The position numbers and the translations under genes are program-made. Below the pieces are notes generated by a model. That model ran no database searches. It saw only the letters and a program-made list of their open reading frames with translations, and was not told the origin of the DNA. Shown piece after piece: positions 62,301 to 64,000 of a stretch of DNA of 64,000 bases. How positions within the stretch are numbered: position 1 is the stretch's first letter; the number at the start of each line of letters is the position of its first letter. Source of the DNA: Actinomycetota bacterium (lineage in GTDB: Bacteria > Actinomycetota > Actinomycetes > Nanopelagicales > Nanopelagicaceae). The stretch spans positions 4,051 to 68,050 of the forward strand of contig VGAG01000002.1 in NCBI GenBank assembly GCA_016870835.1, read 5' to 3'.

Positions 62301-64000
62301 TACTTTACTTTCGCAAGAGTGCGACGAGCTGCAGCAATCACATTCTCAACGGTGAAACCAAATTCCTTAAACAAAGTGGTGTGGGCAGCTGAAGCGCCAA
62401 AGTGTTCAAGTGAGATGATCTCACCGGCATCACCAACAAACTCACGCCAACCTTGGGCAATTCCAGCTTCAATACTTACCCGCGCCTTAACATCTGACGG
62501 AAGAAGTTGATTCCGATAACTCTCTGGCTGCTCCTTAAACCACTCGAGACACGGCGCGCTAATTACGCGAACCTTTACTCCTTCGCTCTCAAGTTGCGCG
62601 GCTGATTCAATCGCAAGGCTCAATTCAGATCCGGTCGCAATAATTAACAGTTCAGGATTTGCAACTTCATTTATTGCATAAGCGCCTTTAATTACATCCG
62701 AGGCGCTCTTAAACTTACTTCGATCGATAACAGGCAAGTTCTGACGCGAGAGCAATAAACCGCAAGGGCGCCCCCTTCGGATTACCTCCCGCCAAGCGAT
62801 AGCAACTTCATTTGCATCAGCTGGTCGAATCACATCAAAATTGGGGATCGCTCTAAGAGCTGCTGCATGCTCAACTGGTTGGTGGGTAGGGCCATCTTCA
62901 CCTAAACCAATCGAATCATGGGTCCAGATATAGGTAACTGGAAGGTTCATTAGCGCAGAGAGTCGGACTGCGCCGCGCATGTAATCGCTAAAGACTAAGA
63001 AAGTTCCGGCGTATGGACGAAGTCCGCCATGTAGCGCCATTCCATTAAGGATTGCGCCCATCGCATGCTCGCGGATACCGAAGAAAATATTGCGCCCATA
63101 TGGTGAGGCGCCCTTTAGGACAGATGTAGCAGGCAGAAATGCACCTCCGCCTTCAACCATGGTGTTGTTACTTTCAGCTAGATCTGCCGAGCCACCAACC
63201 AATTCAGGAAGGGCTTGCGCCAGGTGATTTATCAGTTCACCAGAAGCCTTGCGGGTAGCGATCTCTTTTCCGGAAGCGAAGCTAGGAATCCCTTTATCCC
63301 AATCCGCGGGTAGCTTCCCAGATTCCAACCGCTCTAAGAGCAGAGCTGCTTCGGGATTTGCCGAGCACCAGGTTGCGAACTGGGCATCCCAATTTGTGTG
63401 CAAATCCGAGGCTCGCTTAAGAAGTGATTCAACATGCGTCTTCACTTCACTTGGATAATAAAAATCTTCTGCTGGTAAACCAAGTCCTACCTTGGTTGCA
63501 CTAACTTCATCTTTGCCCAGGGCAGATCCATGTGACTTTGCCGTATTACGTGCATTAGGGGCGGGCCAAGCAATCACTGTTTTGAGGCGAATGAGAGTTG
63601 GCTTCTTATTCTCATCTACGGCGCTAACCATCGCAGATTCAAGAGCTGCGCGATCAACATCGCCATTACTTAATGCAGCGACTTCAATTACATTCCAACC
63701 GTAAGCTCGATAGCGAGCGCTCACATCTTCGGTAAAAGTATGGTGGGTATCGCCATCAATAGAGATTCGATTATCGTCATAGATAACTTTTAACGCGCCG
63801 AGCTCTTGCGTTCCGGCAAGTGAAGAGGCTTCGGCGCTAACGCCCTCTTGTAAATCGCCATCGCTACAAATCACCCAGATGTTATGGTCAAAAATACTTT
63901 CGCCAATGGGCGCATTTGGATCAAGCAGGCCGCGTTTATAGCGCGCCGCCATCGCCATGCCAACGGCGTTAGCAACTCCTTGGCCAAGCGGTCCAGTCGT
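62300..64000 (-). CDS. tkt: Transketolase, C-terminal ~567 codons (5' end lies outside the window)
   Basis: The frame is open to the window edge. The reverse complement of the last bases reads TTGPLGQGVANAVGMAMA. Downstream motifs include GEDGPTHQP and the pyrimidine-binding and C-terminal domains. Confidence 0.95.
   Translation of the reverse strand, partial: TTGPLGQGVANAVGMAMAARYKRGLLDPNAPIGESIFDHNIWVICSDGDLQEGVSAEASSLAGTQELGALKVIYDDNRISIDGDTHHTFTEDVSARYRAYGWNVIEVAALSNGDVDRAALESAMVSAVDENKKPTLIRLKTVIAWPAPNARNTAKSHGSALGKDEVSATKVGLGLPAEDFYYPSEVKTHVESLLKRASDLHTNWDAQFATWCSANPEAALLLERLESGKLPADWDKGIPSFASGKEIATRKASGELINHLAQALPELVGGSADLAESNNTMVEGGGAFLPATSVLKGASPYGRNIFFGIREHAMGAILNGMALHGGLRPYAGTFLVFSDYMRGAVRLSALMNLPVTYIWTHDSIGLGEDGPTHQPVEHAAALRAIPNFDVIRPADANEVAIAWREVIRRGRPCGLLLSRQNLPVIDRSKFKSASDVIKGAYAINEVANPELLIIATGSELSLAIESAAQLESEGVKVRVISAPCLEWFKEQPESYRNQLLPSDVKARVSIEAGIAQGWREFVGDAGEIISLEHFGASAAHTTLFKEFGFTVENVIAAARRTLAKVK

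Overview
This is a 64-kb core-genome segment with almost no gaps. By my coordinates only about 1.6 kb (~2.5%) is non-coding. The organism is an actinobacterium: RbpA, WhiA, SepF, a PdtaR-type ANTAR response regulator, a PriA-type HisA and the typical actinobacterial gene order are all present. GC looks only moderate (~45-50% by eye). About 20 gene junctions are 4-nt ATGA/GTGA start-stop overlaps. Together these suggest a genome-streamlined lineage, possibly freshwater acI/Nanopelagicales-like, but that is inference only.

Gene content, left to right:
- End of the dcw division cluster: murC' (3' fragment)-ftsQ-ftsZ-pgeF-yggS-sepF-yggT.
- kynU-kynA.
- ileS on the minus strand, with a T-box leader.
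- A Lys-rich DksA/TraR zinc-finger protein, then lspA-rluD-dnaE.
- A fused hisDCBH(priA)FI-trpECBA array.
- dsbA-like gene, lgt, a VIT-family gene, gltBD, pyk.
- One tRNA, pdtaR, and a livKHMGF-type ABC transporter.
- A hotdog thioesterase (minus strand), polA, rpsA, coaE.
- uvrB-uvrA-uvrC, rapZ-yvcK-whiA, gap-pgk-tpiA-secG, rbpA.
- tkt'-tal-pgi on the minus strand.

I see no mobile element, CRISPR array, toxin-antitoxin pair, defence island or biosynthetic cluster. Every substantial ORF that is not antisense to a stronger gene has a confident housekeeping assignment. I therefore cannot support a claim of a novel multi-gene system here.

The items worth a second look are at the RNA or gene-organisation level:
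1. A tRNA with anticodon CAA and a Leu-type D-arm but only a 5-nt variable loop. It ends 1 nt before the pdtaR start codon.
2. A translational T-box upstream of ileS.
3. kynU-kynA occupying the slot where actinobacteria normally carry divIVA.
4. A leaderless-looking fused his-trp array.
5. Convergent genes sharing palindromic stop codons (CTAG, TTAA, TAATTA).
6. Back-to-back -10 boxes implying leaderless divergent transcripts.
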